A stretch of DNA of 51,914 bases, from NCBI GenBank assembly GCA_034434895.1, contig DAOTYI010000043.1:1-51914 (forward strand), in the 5' to 3' direction. Numbering within the stretch: the stretch's first letter is position 1; each line of letters begins with the position of its first letter. The translations under genes were made by a program, and so were the position numbers. The notes under the pieces are model-generated. The model saw only the letters and a list, made by a program, of their open reading frames with translations, did not search any database and was not told the origin of the DNA. The DNA comes from Anaerolineae bacterium. GTDB lineage: Bacteria; Chloroflexota; Anaerolineae; JAAYZQ01. Of the stretch, positions 25,479-33,844 are shown one piece after another.

Positions 25479-26921
25479 ATGACCGAAGGGGGGGGCATGG
25501 AACCGACGCCTGATGGATTGTCCCTGGCCGTCCGTGATGCGTTGCATCGCTGGTATGCAGGAGAATATGACGCCTCTCCCTGGACCGAGATGTTCCTCGT
25601 CACCCAGCGGTTGGCCGAACAGCCCATCCCCAATCGGGATCTGGCGGTCAAAGAGGTCCTGCTGGAGGCGTTGCGCGCCCTGGACAGGCAGGCAGGCGGG
25701 GATGCAGCCCGGCTCCTCCGCCTCCGTTTCCTGGATGGTCTGACGGCCCAGGAGGTGGCCAACCGTCTGAACCTTACCGAGGATGTGGTGTACAAACGCC
25801 AGCGCGCCGCCCTCCGCGACCTGACCGAAGCCGTCTGGCAGGCTGAGCAGGCGGCCCGCACCGCCAGGGTTGCCCGCCTTGCCGCCCGGCTGGAGTTCCA
25901 GGAGCCTCCCCTGCTCTTTGGCGTGGAGGACAAACTGGCCGAACTGACGGCCCTGCTGACCGCCGCAGGCCCTTCCTGGCTGGTGGCCGTGGTGGGCATG
26001 GGCGGCATCGGTAAAACCTCCCTGGCCGATGCGGCTGTGCGCCGGGTGGCCGGCTCCCCCTCCTTCGCCGACATTGCCTGGGTCAGCGCCCGACAGGAAC
26101 GCTTTACCCTGTGGGGCGGTCTGATGGAAGAGGCTCACAGAGGGCCGGCCCTGACCCTGGAGGGGCTGACGGAGGCCCTGATCGAGCAGTTTGGCTTTCA
26201 TGACCTGGCCCAACTGCCCCTGCCCCGCAAGTTGACCGGCCTGCGCGCCCGGCTCAAAGCCCGGCCCTACCTGATCGTCGTGGACAACCTGGAGACAGCC
26301 GCCGACTATCATGCCCTGGTCCCCGACCTGCGCGACCTGGCCAATCCCAGCCGCTTCCTCTTCACCTGCCGTCACTGTCTGCATGACCATCCCGGCGTTT
26401 ACAACCTGAGCCTGGACGAGCTGTCGGCCGCCGATAGCCTGGCCCTCCTCCGCCACGAGGCCGGCGAGCGCGGTCTGACCGACGTGGCCGCTGCTCCCGA
26501 CGAACTGCTGGAGCAGGTTTACCAGGTGGCCGGCGGCAACCCCCTGGCCCTCAAGCTGCTGGTGGGGCAGATGTATGCCCTCTCCCTGCCCCAGGTGGTA
26601 GAGGACCTGCGCCAGGCGCGAGGCCAGACCGTGGAAGAGCTGTACCGTTTCATCTACTGGCGCTCCTGGCACCTGCTCAGCGATGAGGCCCGACAGGTCC
26701 TGGCCCTCATGCCCCTGGTGGCCGAAAGCGGCGGCGGCCTGGAGCAGATCGCGGCCCTCAGCGGCCTGGCCGCGGAGCCGCTGGCCGCCGCCCTGAGGCA
26801 GCTGGTCACCCTCTGCCTGGTCAACGTCCGGGGCGGTGTGGAGGCGCGCCGCTATAGCATCCACCGCCTGACCGAAACGTTCCTGCTCAACGAGGTGCTC
26901 AAGTGGCAGAATGCGGGATGA
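25479..26921 (+). CDS. STAND NTPase: sigma-70 region-4-like HTH plus NB-ARC ATPase, with no sensor repeats in this ORF
   Basis: HTH LRLRFLDGLTAQEVANRLNLTEDVVYKRQRAAL, Walker A GMGGIGKTSLA, Walker B YLIVVDNLE, GxP motif GGNPLALKLL and winged-helix YSIHRLTETF. The TGA stop lies inside the heptamer array. An alternative start at ATG 25497 follows a G-rich RBS. Confidence 0.8.
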   Translation: MTEGGGMEPTPDGLSLAVRDALHRWYAGEYDASPWTEMFLVTQRLAEQPIPNRDLAVKEVLLEALRALDRQAGGDAARLLRLRFLDGLTAQEVANRLNLTEDVVYKRQRAALRDLTEAVWQAEQAARTARVARLAARLEFQEPPLLFGVEDKLAELTALLTAAGPSWLVAVVGMGGIGKTSLADAAVRRVAGSPSFADIAWVSARQERFTLWGGLMEEAHRGPALTLEGLTEALIEQFGFHDLAQLPLPRKLTGLRARLKARPYLIVVDNLETAADYHALVPDLRDLANPSRFLFTCRHCLHDHPGVYNLSLDELSAADSLALLRHEAGERGLTDVAAAPDELLEQVYQVAGGNPLALKLLVGQMYALSLPQVVEDLRQARGQTVEELYRFIYWRSWHLLSDEARQVLALMPLVAESGGGLEQIAALSGLAAEPLAAALRQLVTLCLVNVRGGVEARRYSIHRLTETFLLNEVLKWQNAG

Positions 26922-26986
26922 GGAATGCGGAATGAGGAATGCGGAATGAGGAATGCGGAGTGCGGAATGCGGAATGCGGAGTGCGG
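26910..26986. repeat. tandem heptanucleotide array, 11 units (AATGCGG / AATGAGG / AGTGCGG)
   Basis: Units counted by hand: 26910-16, 17-23, 24-30, 31-37, 38-44, 45-51, 52-58, 59-65, 66-72, 73-79 and 80-86. The array contains the stop of the NB-ARC ORF and the first ATG of the TPR ORF. Confidence 0.9.
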
Positions 26987-28177
26987 ACTGATTGGCCCCT
27001 CTTTTTCCGCCAGCAGGTAAAGGCCAACGTCCACTTCTGGCTGTCCAGGCTGGCCACCTGTCGCGCCCAGGATGAAACGTTGCTGCGGGAACGATCCAAC
27101 ATCGTAAAGGCGCTGAGCCTGGCCTTGAAGTTGGAGGCAGCGTGGGAACCGGCGCTGGACCTGATGCTGGCCTTTCACCCCTTTGTGAACTGGCAGGGGG
27201 GAGGAGCCGGTTGGGAGTCGCTCCTGGAGGCCGGCCTGACGATCAGCCGGCAGCGGGGAGATGTGGGCCGGGAGGCGGCGTTGCTGGATCGGCTGGGTGA
27301 GTGGAAGCAGAGCCAGGGGGATTGGGCGGCGGCCATCGCTTGCCACGAGGCAGCCGCCCGGCTCAGCGCCCAGATCGGCGATGAGGCCGGCCGCGTCCGT
27401 GCTCTGACCAACGCCGGTCAGGTGTATCACCTGCGGGGACAACACACCCAGGCCCGCATGGCCCTGGAACAGGCGCTGGCCGGCTGCCGGGGCTGTCAGG
27501 ACCTGACCGGGCAAGCGTTCGTGCATAACCACCTGGGCCTGATTGCTCTTGACCAGCAGCAATGGGATCAGGCCCTGTTGCACTTGCAGCGGGCGTATGA
27601 ATTGTGGGCGAAGGCACAGAATCTGGGGGGCATGGCCCAGGCCCAGTACAACCTGGGCAACCTCTATCTGGTGCAGGGTGACCGGCCCCAGGCGGAGCGA
27701 TGCTATCGCGCAGCCATCGCCCTGTATGAGCAGACGAATGCCGGTATTCCGTTAGCCAGGGCCATCATGGCCATGGGCAATCTCTCCTTGCAGCAGGATC
27801 GGCCGGACCAAGCCGAACAGTTCTACCACCAGGCCAGGGAGAGGATGCAGGCAGTCGGCTACACCCTGGGCCTGGCGCAGGTATTCAACAACCTGGGCCT
27901 GGCCTGTGCCCGGCAGCAGCGATGGGCCGTGGCCGAAGACCACTTCCGACGCTCCATCGCCCTGTGGCAGCAGCTTGACCAGCCGGTGGGCCGGGCCAAT
28001 GCCGAGGACAACCTGGCCGAGCTGTACCTGCACCAGCAAAGATGGCAGGAAGCGGCGGAGCTGCTGGCCCAGGCCCAGGAGCGGCTGGCCGGCCTGGAAC
28101 GCACCGGCCGGGTCGCCAGCCTGCTGGCCGACATCGAAAAGCACCGGCAAAGGGCCGAACGGTTCAGAACCGGTTGA
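26939..28177 (+). CDS. TPR-repeat protein (detached sensor/scaffold module of the STAND NTPase)
   Basis: More than 8 TPR-like units (e.g. ALTNAGQVYHLRGQHTQARMALEQAL, AQYNLGNLYLVQGDRPQAERCYRAAIALY, VFNNLGLACARQQRWAVAEDHFRRSIALW). The start is uncertain (ATG 26939 or GTG 26981, both inside the repeat). The frame differs from the upstream ORF. Confidence 0.7.
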   Translation: MRNEECGVRNAECGVRTDWPLFFRQQVKANVHFWLSRLATCRAQDETLLRERSNIVKALSLALKLEAAWEPALDLMLAFHPFVNWQGGGAGWESLLEAGLTISRQRGDVGREAALLDRLGEWKQSQGDWAAAIACHEAAARLSAQIGDEAGRVRALTNAGQVYHLRGQHTQARMALEQALAGCRGCQDLTGQAFVHNHLGLIALDQQQWDQALLHLQRAYELWAKAQNLGGMAQAQYNLGNLYLVQGDRPQAERCYRAAIALYEQTNAGIPLARAIMAMGNLSLQQDRPDQAEQFYHQARERMQAVGYTLGLAQVFNNLGLACARQQRWAVAEDHFRRSIALWQQLDQPVGRANAEDNLAELYLHQQRWQEAAELLAQAQERLAGLERTGRVASLLADIEKHRQRAERFRTG

Positions 28178-28183
28178 CACCCC

Positions 28184-29749
28184 TCATCCTCCCACCCCCT
28201 GTTCCGACCGGGGTCCACGCCATGGCCACCAGTTCCAGCGTCCTAACAGCACGGCGATGGACGAGACGAGGATGACAACCACAAAGGCATCCAACAGCAC
28301 CCCCACGGCGATGGCAAAGGCCAGTTGCACCAGCCCTTGCAACGAAGAGGAGAGCATGGCTGCAAAGGTGGCCGCCATGATGATCCCGGCCGAGGCGATA
28401 ATGCCGCCGGTGTGCTGCACCGCCCGCCTGACGCCGCTCCGCACATCGCTGCCGGCCACCTCTTCCTTGACGCGCCCCATGATAAAGATATTGTAGTCCA
28501 TCCCCACCGCCATCAGCAGCACAAAGATCAAAAAGGGGACAAACCAGGTCAGGCCGCGATCCAGAATCCCCCCGAAGACCAGGCGGGTGATCCCCAAAGT
28601 GGCGCCATAGCTCAGCAGGATGGTGAGCAGCATATAGATTGGGGCGACCAGGCTGCGCAGGAGGAGCACCAGCACCAGCAGGATGCCGGCGAGCACCACC
28701 ATCATGACCCGGACAAAGTCACGGTCCATGACCTGCTGGAGATCAAGGTTGGTCGCGGTGCTGCCACTGACATAGCCGTTGCTGGCCTCTTTTACCCTGT
28801 CCCTCAGCCTGGCGGCGGTGTTCAACGCCTCCGGGCCAAAGGGGTCACTGTCCAGGATCACCTGCAGCCGGGCCGCACTGCCATCGGCTGTGGAATAGGT
28901 GTCCAGCAGCCGATCGAGTTCGTCAGCCCAATGGGTCGTCCCCCCCGCGCCAGAGGCTAATAGACCGGTTTGCCCCTCCAACTCTGCCAGGGCCCTGGGG
29001 ATGAAAAAGTGATCGCCCTGCCCCTCCAGATGATCGCGCAAGGCAAGCAGAGCAGCCTGGAAGCGGTCCAGTTCGGCCAGCAGCGGGGCGGTGATCGCCT
29101 GCGCTTCACTCCCCAGCAGGTTCTGGGAGGGGAGGCAGGTCGCCTGGGGCAGTCTGGCCTCGACCGCCGTTGCCAGTTGCTCCAGGGCTCCGGCCAGTTC
29201 CTCCCCTGCTGCCGAGATGGTGGGCAGCGGATCGGCGATCAGCAGGCCGGAAGAGGCAGGGTCGGCCAGGACTGTGGAAGGGACAAAAGTGGCTTCCGGC
29301 AGTTCACTGTGGACAAACCCGGCGACGAGGGCCAGATCCCCGGCAGCGGCTGCAATCTCGTCCAGGACGGGGGTCAGATCCGGCCCCAGGCTCAGTGCCC
29401 CCATGGGCAGGTCCTCGGGGACAAACAGGGCCTCGGGCAGGGTTTGCGCCGCCACGACCGACAGGTCGGAGAAGGCGTTGCTCAAATCGGCCAGCAGTTC
29501 ACCGATCTGGGCGATCGTCTCCCCCATCCGGGCCAGGTCAATCGTCGTCAGCCGGGCGCTCAGGTTGTTGGCGGCTGTCAGAGCGGCCCCATACTCGTCG
29601 GTGGCGGCCAGCGAAGGGTAGGCCTGGCCCAAAGCGGTGTAATAGTGTTGCACCACTTCGGCCGGCGTGGCAGCCTGGGCGGCCACAACAGGCGCGGTCA
29701 ACAGGGTGACCAGCATGACGATCCCGATCCAGTAGGTTTTTTTGCACAT
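28184..29749 (-). CDS. half-size MMPL/RND-superfamily membrane protein with signal peptide and large helical extracytoplasmic domain
   Basis: The signal peptide ends in VAAQA. It is followed by a ~330-aa Ala/Leu/Glu-rich region and one C-terminal MMPL-type TM bundle (VMMVVLAGILLVLVLLLRSLVAPIYMLLTILLSYGATLG...LMAVGMDYNIFIMGRVKEE). AGGAGG RBS. Confidence 0.65.
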   Translation of the reverse strand: MCKKTYWIGIVMLVTLLTAPVVAAQAATPAEVVQHYYTALGQAYPSLAATDEYGAALTAANNLSARLTTIDLARMGETIAQIGELLADLSNAFSDLSVVAAQTLPEALFVPEDLPMGALSLGPDLTPVLDEIAAAAGDLALVAGFVHSELPEATFVPSTVLADPASSGLLIADPLPTISAAGEELAGALEQLATAVEARLPQATCLPSQNLLGSEAQAITAPLLAELDRFQAALLALRDHLEGQGDHFFIPRALAELEGQTGLLASGAGGTTHWADELDRLLDTYSTADGSAARLQVILDSDPFGPEALNTAARLRDRVKEASNGYVSGSTATNLDLQQVMDRDFVRVMMVVLAGILLVLVLLLRSLVAPIYMLLTILLSYGATLGITRLVFGGILDRGLTWFVPFLIFVLLMAVGMDYNIFIMGRVKEEVAGSDVRSGVRRAVQHTGGIIASAGIIMAATFAAMLSSSLQGLVQLAFAIAVGVLLDAFVVVILVSSIAVLLGRWNWWPWRGPRSEQGVGG

Positions 29750-29814
29750 CGTTTCCTCCTGTTATTGTGTGATTGGTCGTCGGCCAGGTGAAAAGCCCAG
29801 CCGTTACACAGGTA

Positions 29815-29876
29815 ATACCGACCGGTCGGTATCTATTTACCACAAAAGGGCAGATTTGTCAAACCGACCGGTCGGT
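29815..29876 (-). promoter_or_regulatory. promoter of the MMPL gene flanked by two palindromic operators
   Basis: An 18-bp perfect palindrome ATACCGACCGGTCGGTAT (29815-29832) and a 14-bp core ACCGACCGGTCGGT (29863-29876). On the minus strand they flank TTGACA (forward 29857-29862), a 17-nt spacer and TAAATA (forward 29834-29839). Confidence 0.65.
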
Positions 29877-29903
29877 ATGGTTTTGTGAAAAAGGGTTCCA
29901 GTT

Positions 29904-29932
29904 CCTTCAGGTCTTGACGCAGGCTGACAGCC
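29904..29932 (+). promoter_or_regulatory. near-consensus sigma-70 promoter upstream of comEC
   Basis: TTGACG (29904-29909), a 17-nt spacer, then TATAAT (29927-29932). Confidence 0.65.
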
Positions 29933-29945
29933 ATAGTATAATGGT

Positions 29946-32384
29946 ATGGCAACCAGGCCAACTCGAAAGGAAAAGCCGATGCCCCCTTTGGTATGGGTCG
30001 CTGTTGCCTGGGCTGCCGGTCTGGTGACGGCCCGCCACTGGCTGGTGCCTGCGGGGATCAGGCCGGCCTCGCTGCTCCTGCTCTGCGCCATCCCTCTGGC
30101 GGCTGTTATTCTGTGGCGTAAGGACCGCTCTGTGCGGCTGTCTGGCTTTTGTGCCCTGGCTTTGCTGCTGGGGGCGCTCCGCTATCAGGTGGCCCTGCCC
30201 GACCTGAGCGATCCCCACTTTGTGGCCCACTACAACGATGCCGGCCAGGTGACGCTGGAGGGGGTGGTGCAGGGCTATCCCGACGTGCGCGACACCTGGG
30301 TCAACCTGAAGCTGCGCAGTGAGTGGCTTGAGGTCGAAGGGCAGCGGCTCCCGGTCTACGGCCTGGTGTTGGTCCGCGCCCCTCGCTTTCCAGAGGTCCA
30401 CTACGGCGACCGGCTGCGGGTGTCGGGTCGGCTGGAGACGCCGCCCGAGTTCCAGGGCTTTTCCTACCGCGACTATCTGGAACGGAAGGGGATCTACTCG
30501 CTGCTCGGCCACCCGCAGGTCGAACGGCTGGCTTCCGGTCAGGGCAATCCTGTCTGGGCGGCAGCCCTGGCCGTGAAGGATCGCGCCCGCCGGGTCATCG
30601 CCCGGCTGGTGCCGGAACCGCAGGCTTCGTTGTTGCAGGGGATTTTGCTGGGCATCGAGGCCGGCATCCCGGACGACCTGTATGACGAGTTCAACGCCAC
30701 CGGCACCAGCCACATCATCGTCATTTCCGGGTCCAATATCACCCTGATCGCGGCCCTGTTGGCCACCAGCTTTGGGCGCATGTTGGGCGGGCGCCGGGCC
30801 TACTGGTTCACCGTGGCCGGCATTGCCCTCTATGTGTTGTTTGTGGGCGCCGATGCAGCCGTGGTCCGTGCCGGGGTGATGGGCGGGCTGTATGTGACCG
30901 CTCGCCATCTGGGGCGCCGGGCCACAGCCTATGTGTCGCTCTGTGCCTCCGCCATCCTGCTGACAGCCATCCAACCCCTGGCCCTGTGGGATGTCGGTTT
31001 TCAGCTCAGCTTCGCCGCCACCCTGGGGCTGATCCTGTTCACCCCGGCCATCGAGCGGCTGTTCGAAAAGGCCCTGGTGCGGCTGGTCTCGCGGGAGAGG
31101 GCCCGGCAGCTCCTCCGCTATCTCAACGACCTGCTCATCGTCACACTGGCCGCTCAGGTTCTGACCATTCCCCTGGTCATCTACCACTTTGGCCGGCTAT
31201 CTCTGGTCGCCCCTCTGACTAACCTGCTGATCCTGCCGGTGCAGCCGCCGATCATGATCTGGGGTGGGGCGGCCACTCTGGTCGGGCTGGTGTCTTTTCT
31301 GCGGCCGGTGGCCCAGGTGATCGCCTGGCTGCCGTGGCTGTGCCTGGCCTACACGACGACCATCGTCCACTGGATGGCAGGCTGGCCTCTGGCTTCCCTC
31401 CAGATCGGCCGGGCCAGCGCGGGCCGGCTGGTGATCTACTATGGGGTCCTCATGGGGGCGGTATGGGCCTTGCGCCAGCGGCAGGGGTATGCCCGCCGTG
31501 CCTGGAGATGGATGATGAGCCGCTGGTCCACCTCCCTCATCGTCGGCGTGCCGCTGGCGGCGGCCATTCTGGCCTGGCTGGCGGTGTTGCAACTGCCCGA
31601 CGGCAGGTTACATGTCGCCTTTCTCGACGTGGGCCAGGGGGACGCGATCCTCATCACCACCCCACAGGGCCGACAGGTATTGGTAGATGGCGGCCCCAGC
31701 CCCACCGCCCTGGCCTCTGCTTTGGGGAAAGAGATGCCCTTTTGGGACCGCTCCATTGACCTGGTGGTGATGACCCACGCCGATGCCGACCACATCGGCG
31801 GTCTGGTGGAGGTGCTGGACCGGTACAGGGTGACCGGCTGGCTGGATAACGGTCGGCCGGATGAGGACCCTCTCTTCCGTGAGTGTCAGGCTCTGCTGAC
31901 CAGGGCCCATGTTGCCCGCCAGGTCGTGTACGCCGGCTACCGGCTGGACCTGGGGCGAGGGTTGGGGCTGGAGGTGCTGCACCCGCCGCCGGGGCTGATG
32001 GTCGGCACCCAGGCCGAGGCGAACAACAATTCGGTGGTGCTGCGGCTGGAATGGGGGCAGGCCCGCTTCCTGCTCACGGGCGATCTCGAAGCGGAGGGGG
32101 AGGAATGGCTGTTGCGCTCAGGTCTGCCCCTGGCCGCCGATGTGCTCAAGGTCGGCCACCACGGCAGTGGCGGCTCCTCCACGGCCGGGTTCCTGGCGGC
32201 GGTGAGGCCCCGCTACGCCGTCATCTCGGTCGGGGCCGACAATCGCTTCGGCCACCCCGACAGGGCCGTGCTTGAGCGCCTGGCCCAACTGGGCGGGGTG
32301 ACCGTGCTGCGCACCGATGAGCAGGGCACCATCGAGTTCATCACCGATGGACGGCGGCTGTGGGTGCGCACCGGCCATCGCTGA
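29946..32384 (+). CDS. comEC: DNA internalization-related competence protein ComEC/Rec2 (DUF4131 + competence channel + metallo-beta-lactamase domain)
   Basis: A polytopic core with GTSHIIVISGSNITLIA and a C-terminal MBL domain (DVGQGDAILI, THADADHIGG, LKVGHHGS). The ATG at 29946 is only 13 nt after the -10. The ATG at 29979, preceded by AAAGGAAAAG, may be the true start. Confidence 0.88.
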   Translation: MATRPTRKEKPMPPLVWVAVAWAAGLVTARHWLVPAGIRPASLLLLCAIPLAAVILWRKDRSVRLSGFCALALLLGALRYQVALPDLSDPHFVAHYNDAGQVTLEGVVQGYPDVRDTWVNLKLRSEWLEVEGQRLPVYGLVLVRAPRFPEVHYGDRLRVSGRLETPPEFQGFSYRDYLERKGIYSLLGHPQVERLASGQGNPVWAAALAVKDRARRVIARLVPEPQASLLQGILLGIEAGIPDDLYDEFNATGTSHIIVISGSNITLIAALLATSFGRMLGGRRAYWFTVAGIALYVLFVGADAAVVRAGVMGGLYVTARHLGRRATAYVSLCASAILLTAIQPLALWDVGFQLSFAATLGLILFTPAIERLFEKALVRLVSRERARQLLRYLNDLLIVTLAAQVLTIPLVIYHFGRLSLVAPLTNLLILPVQPPIMIWGGAATLVGLVSFLRPVAQVIAWLPWLCLAYTTTIVHWMAGWPLASLQIGRASAGRLVIYYGVLMGAVWALRQRQGYARRAWRWMMSRWSTSLIVGVPLAAAILAWLAVLQLPDGRLHVAFLDVGQGDAILITTPQGRQVLVDGGPSPTALASALGKEMPFWDRSIDLVVMTHADADHIGGLVEVLDRYRVTGWLDNGRPDEDPLFRECQALLTRAHVARQVVYAGYRLDLGRGLGLEVLHPPPGLMVGTQAEANNNSVVLRLEWGQARFLLTGDLEAEGEEWLLRSGLPLAADVLKVGHHGSGGSSTAGFLAAVRPRYAVISVGADNRFGHPDRAVLERLAQLGGVTVLRTDEQGTIEFITDGRRLWVRTGHR

Positions 32385-33819
32385 GGCTCGGCTCCGTCCC
32401 CAACCGGACCGCCACCATCGCCAGCCCCAGGTATAGCCAGAAGATTGACACCGAATGGGGAAAGTTCAGGTTGAAAAAATAGTGGTCAAATAGCCCACCC
32501 ACCAGGATGCCGACCACCGAGGCGACCAGGCCCAACAGGATGGCGTCCAGGCCACAATCACGGCTTTCCCGGACCAGGGGCCAGGCGCGCCGCACCTGGA
32601 CGAAGAACAGGGCGAGCAGGAGCAGAAACAGGGCCAGCCCGATCAGGCCCATCTCTTCGGCGATGAGCAGATAGACGTTGGACACGCCGATATACAGGCT
32701 GCTTTCCGGCGTGCCGGCAAAGCCGACCCCAATCCACGGATGCCGGCCGATCAGGATCAGCGCATCCTTGTACTCCCCCAGACGCATCAACGTCGCCAGG
32801 TCCTGAAGCTGAATGCCCTCGATCAGGTGCTGCACGTAGGTCTGGGTCTGGGGCAGGAGCAACAGCAGCATGGCTGCCCCCACCATGGCCGGGAGCAGCT
32901 TGCGGTAGCGCACCAGGGCCAGCACCCCCACGCCCACCGCCAGGCCCAGCATGGAGCCGCGCGAGTAGGTCAGATACAGGCACAAAAGATCGGTCAGGAC
33001 CATCCCGGCCAGCAGGGGCTGGTGCAGAAGTGGCCTGTGAGCAAAGAGTTGGGCCGTGGTCAGGGTGGTGACGAGGATGAGCAGGCTGCCGAGCACGTTG
33101 GGATCGGTCGAGGTGGAGATGGCCCGCTGGGGCAGGTCGGGATTGTCCTCAATGTAGCGCAGGACGCCCGCGCCGGTCGGATATCCCACCCGTCCCAACG
33201 CCGACAACAGGCGGATGCTCAACTCCTCCGGCAGGAAATAGAGGACCACGCCAAGGCAGGCAGCGGCAAATCCGGCCAGGATGAGGACCCGGACCAATTC
33301 CTGAAGCTGTTGCCGGCTGCGTACACAGTTGACGACGACAAAAAAGAGGGCGATGCTCAGCAAGATCTCGACAAAATGGCGCAGGAGATATTGGCTGAGG
33401 GAGGCATGGGCCAGCCCGGCCACGAAGGAAGCACAGGCCAGGAGCAAAAAGATGACCAGGGGCAGACCCAAAGCCGTGCCGATGAATCTCCCTGCCCGGC
33501 CGGTAGCAATCCGCACGATCCAGACGAAATAGAGGGCCAGCAGCGCCAGGTCCAGAAAGGTCGGCGTAAAGCCGATCTTGAACGGCAGCGCACCAAAGGG
33601 CAACAGGCAGATCAGGCCGATGATGGCCATCAGGCTCCATTGCGTGTCGCGCAGCATCAACAGCCCACCGGCGACAGCCACCACCCCGGCGACAGCATAG
33701 AGGGGGGACAGGATGGCCACGTAGGCGCCCACAACCAGGCCGGCGGCCACGCTCAAGGCGATGGTCACAGCCAGCACCAGGCGGCGGTCACCCCCAACGA
33801 CTATCCTCTCGATTCCCAA
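32341..33819 (-). CDS. O-antigen ligase / Wzy_C-family polytopic membrane protein
   Basis: At least 10 TM segments and a Wzy_C-like loop (LTYSRGSMLGLAVGVGVLAL). TTG start, which is uncertain. The 3' end overlaps comEC convergently by 44 nt. Confidence 0.7.
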   Translation of the reverse strand: MGIERIVVGGDRRLVLAVTIALSVAAGLVVGAYVAILSPLYAVAGVVAVAGGLLMLRDTQWSLMAIIGLICLLPFGALPFKIGFTPTFLDLALLALYFVWIVRIATGRAGRFIGTALGLPLVIFLLLACASFVAGLAHASLSQYLLRHFVEILLSIALFFVVVNCVRSRQQLQELVRVLILAGFAAACLGVVLYFLPEELSIRLLSALGRVGYPTGAGVLRYIEDNPDLPQRAISTSTDPNVLGSLLILVTTLTTAQLFAHRPLLHQPLLAGMVLTDLLCLYLTYSRGSMLGLAVGVGVLALVRYRKLLPAMVGAAMLLLLLPQTQTYVQHLIEGIQLQDLATLMRLGEYKDALILIGRHPWIGVGFAGTPESSLYIGVSNVYLLIAEEMGLIGLALFLLLLALFFVQVRRAWPLVRESRDCGLDAILLGLVASVVGILVGGLFDHYFFNLNFPHSVSIFWLYLGLAMVAVRLGTEPSLSDGRCAPTAAVHR

Positions 33820-33844
33820 TTGGCCGTTCTCGATTCACAACTGA

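Noticed and set aside
25332-26864. 510-aa minus-strand ORF opposite the NB-ARC gene, plus similar long antisense ORFs at 29907-31187, 32740-33996, 9694-10866, 11622-12647, 19077-21268 and 22232-23425
   Set aside because: Each lies opposite a gene with strong family motifs or a clear TM pattern, and the translations are compositionally biased. All are treated as non-coding.
26910-26986. Heptamer array as a CRISPR array
   Set aside because: The units are 7 bp and directly abutting, with no spacers. There are no cas genes in the window. It is a microsatellite-type tandem repeat.
29946-32384. comEC as part of a competence gene island
   Set aside because: No comEA, comFA/FC, dprA or pilin genes are nearby. 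The gene appears to be a stand-alone unit with its own promoter.
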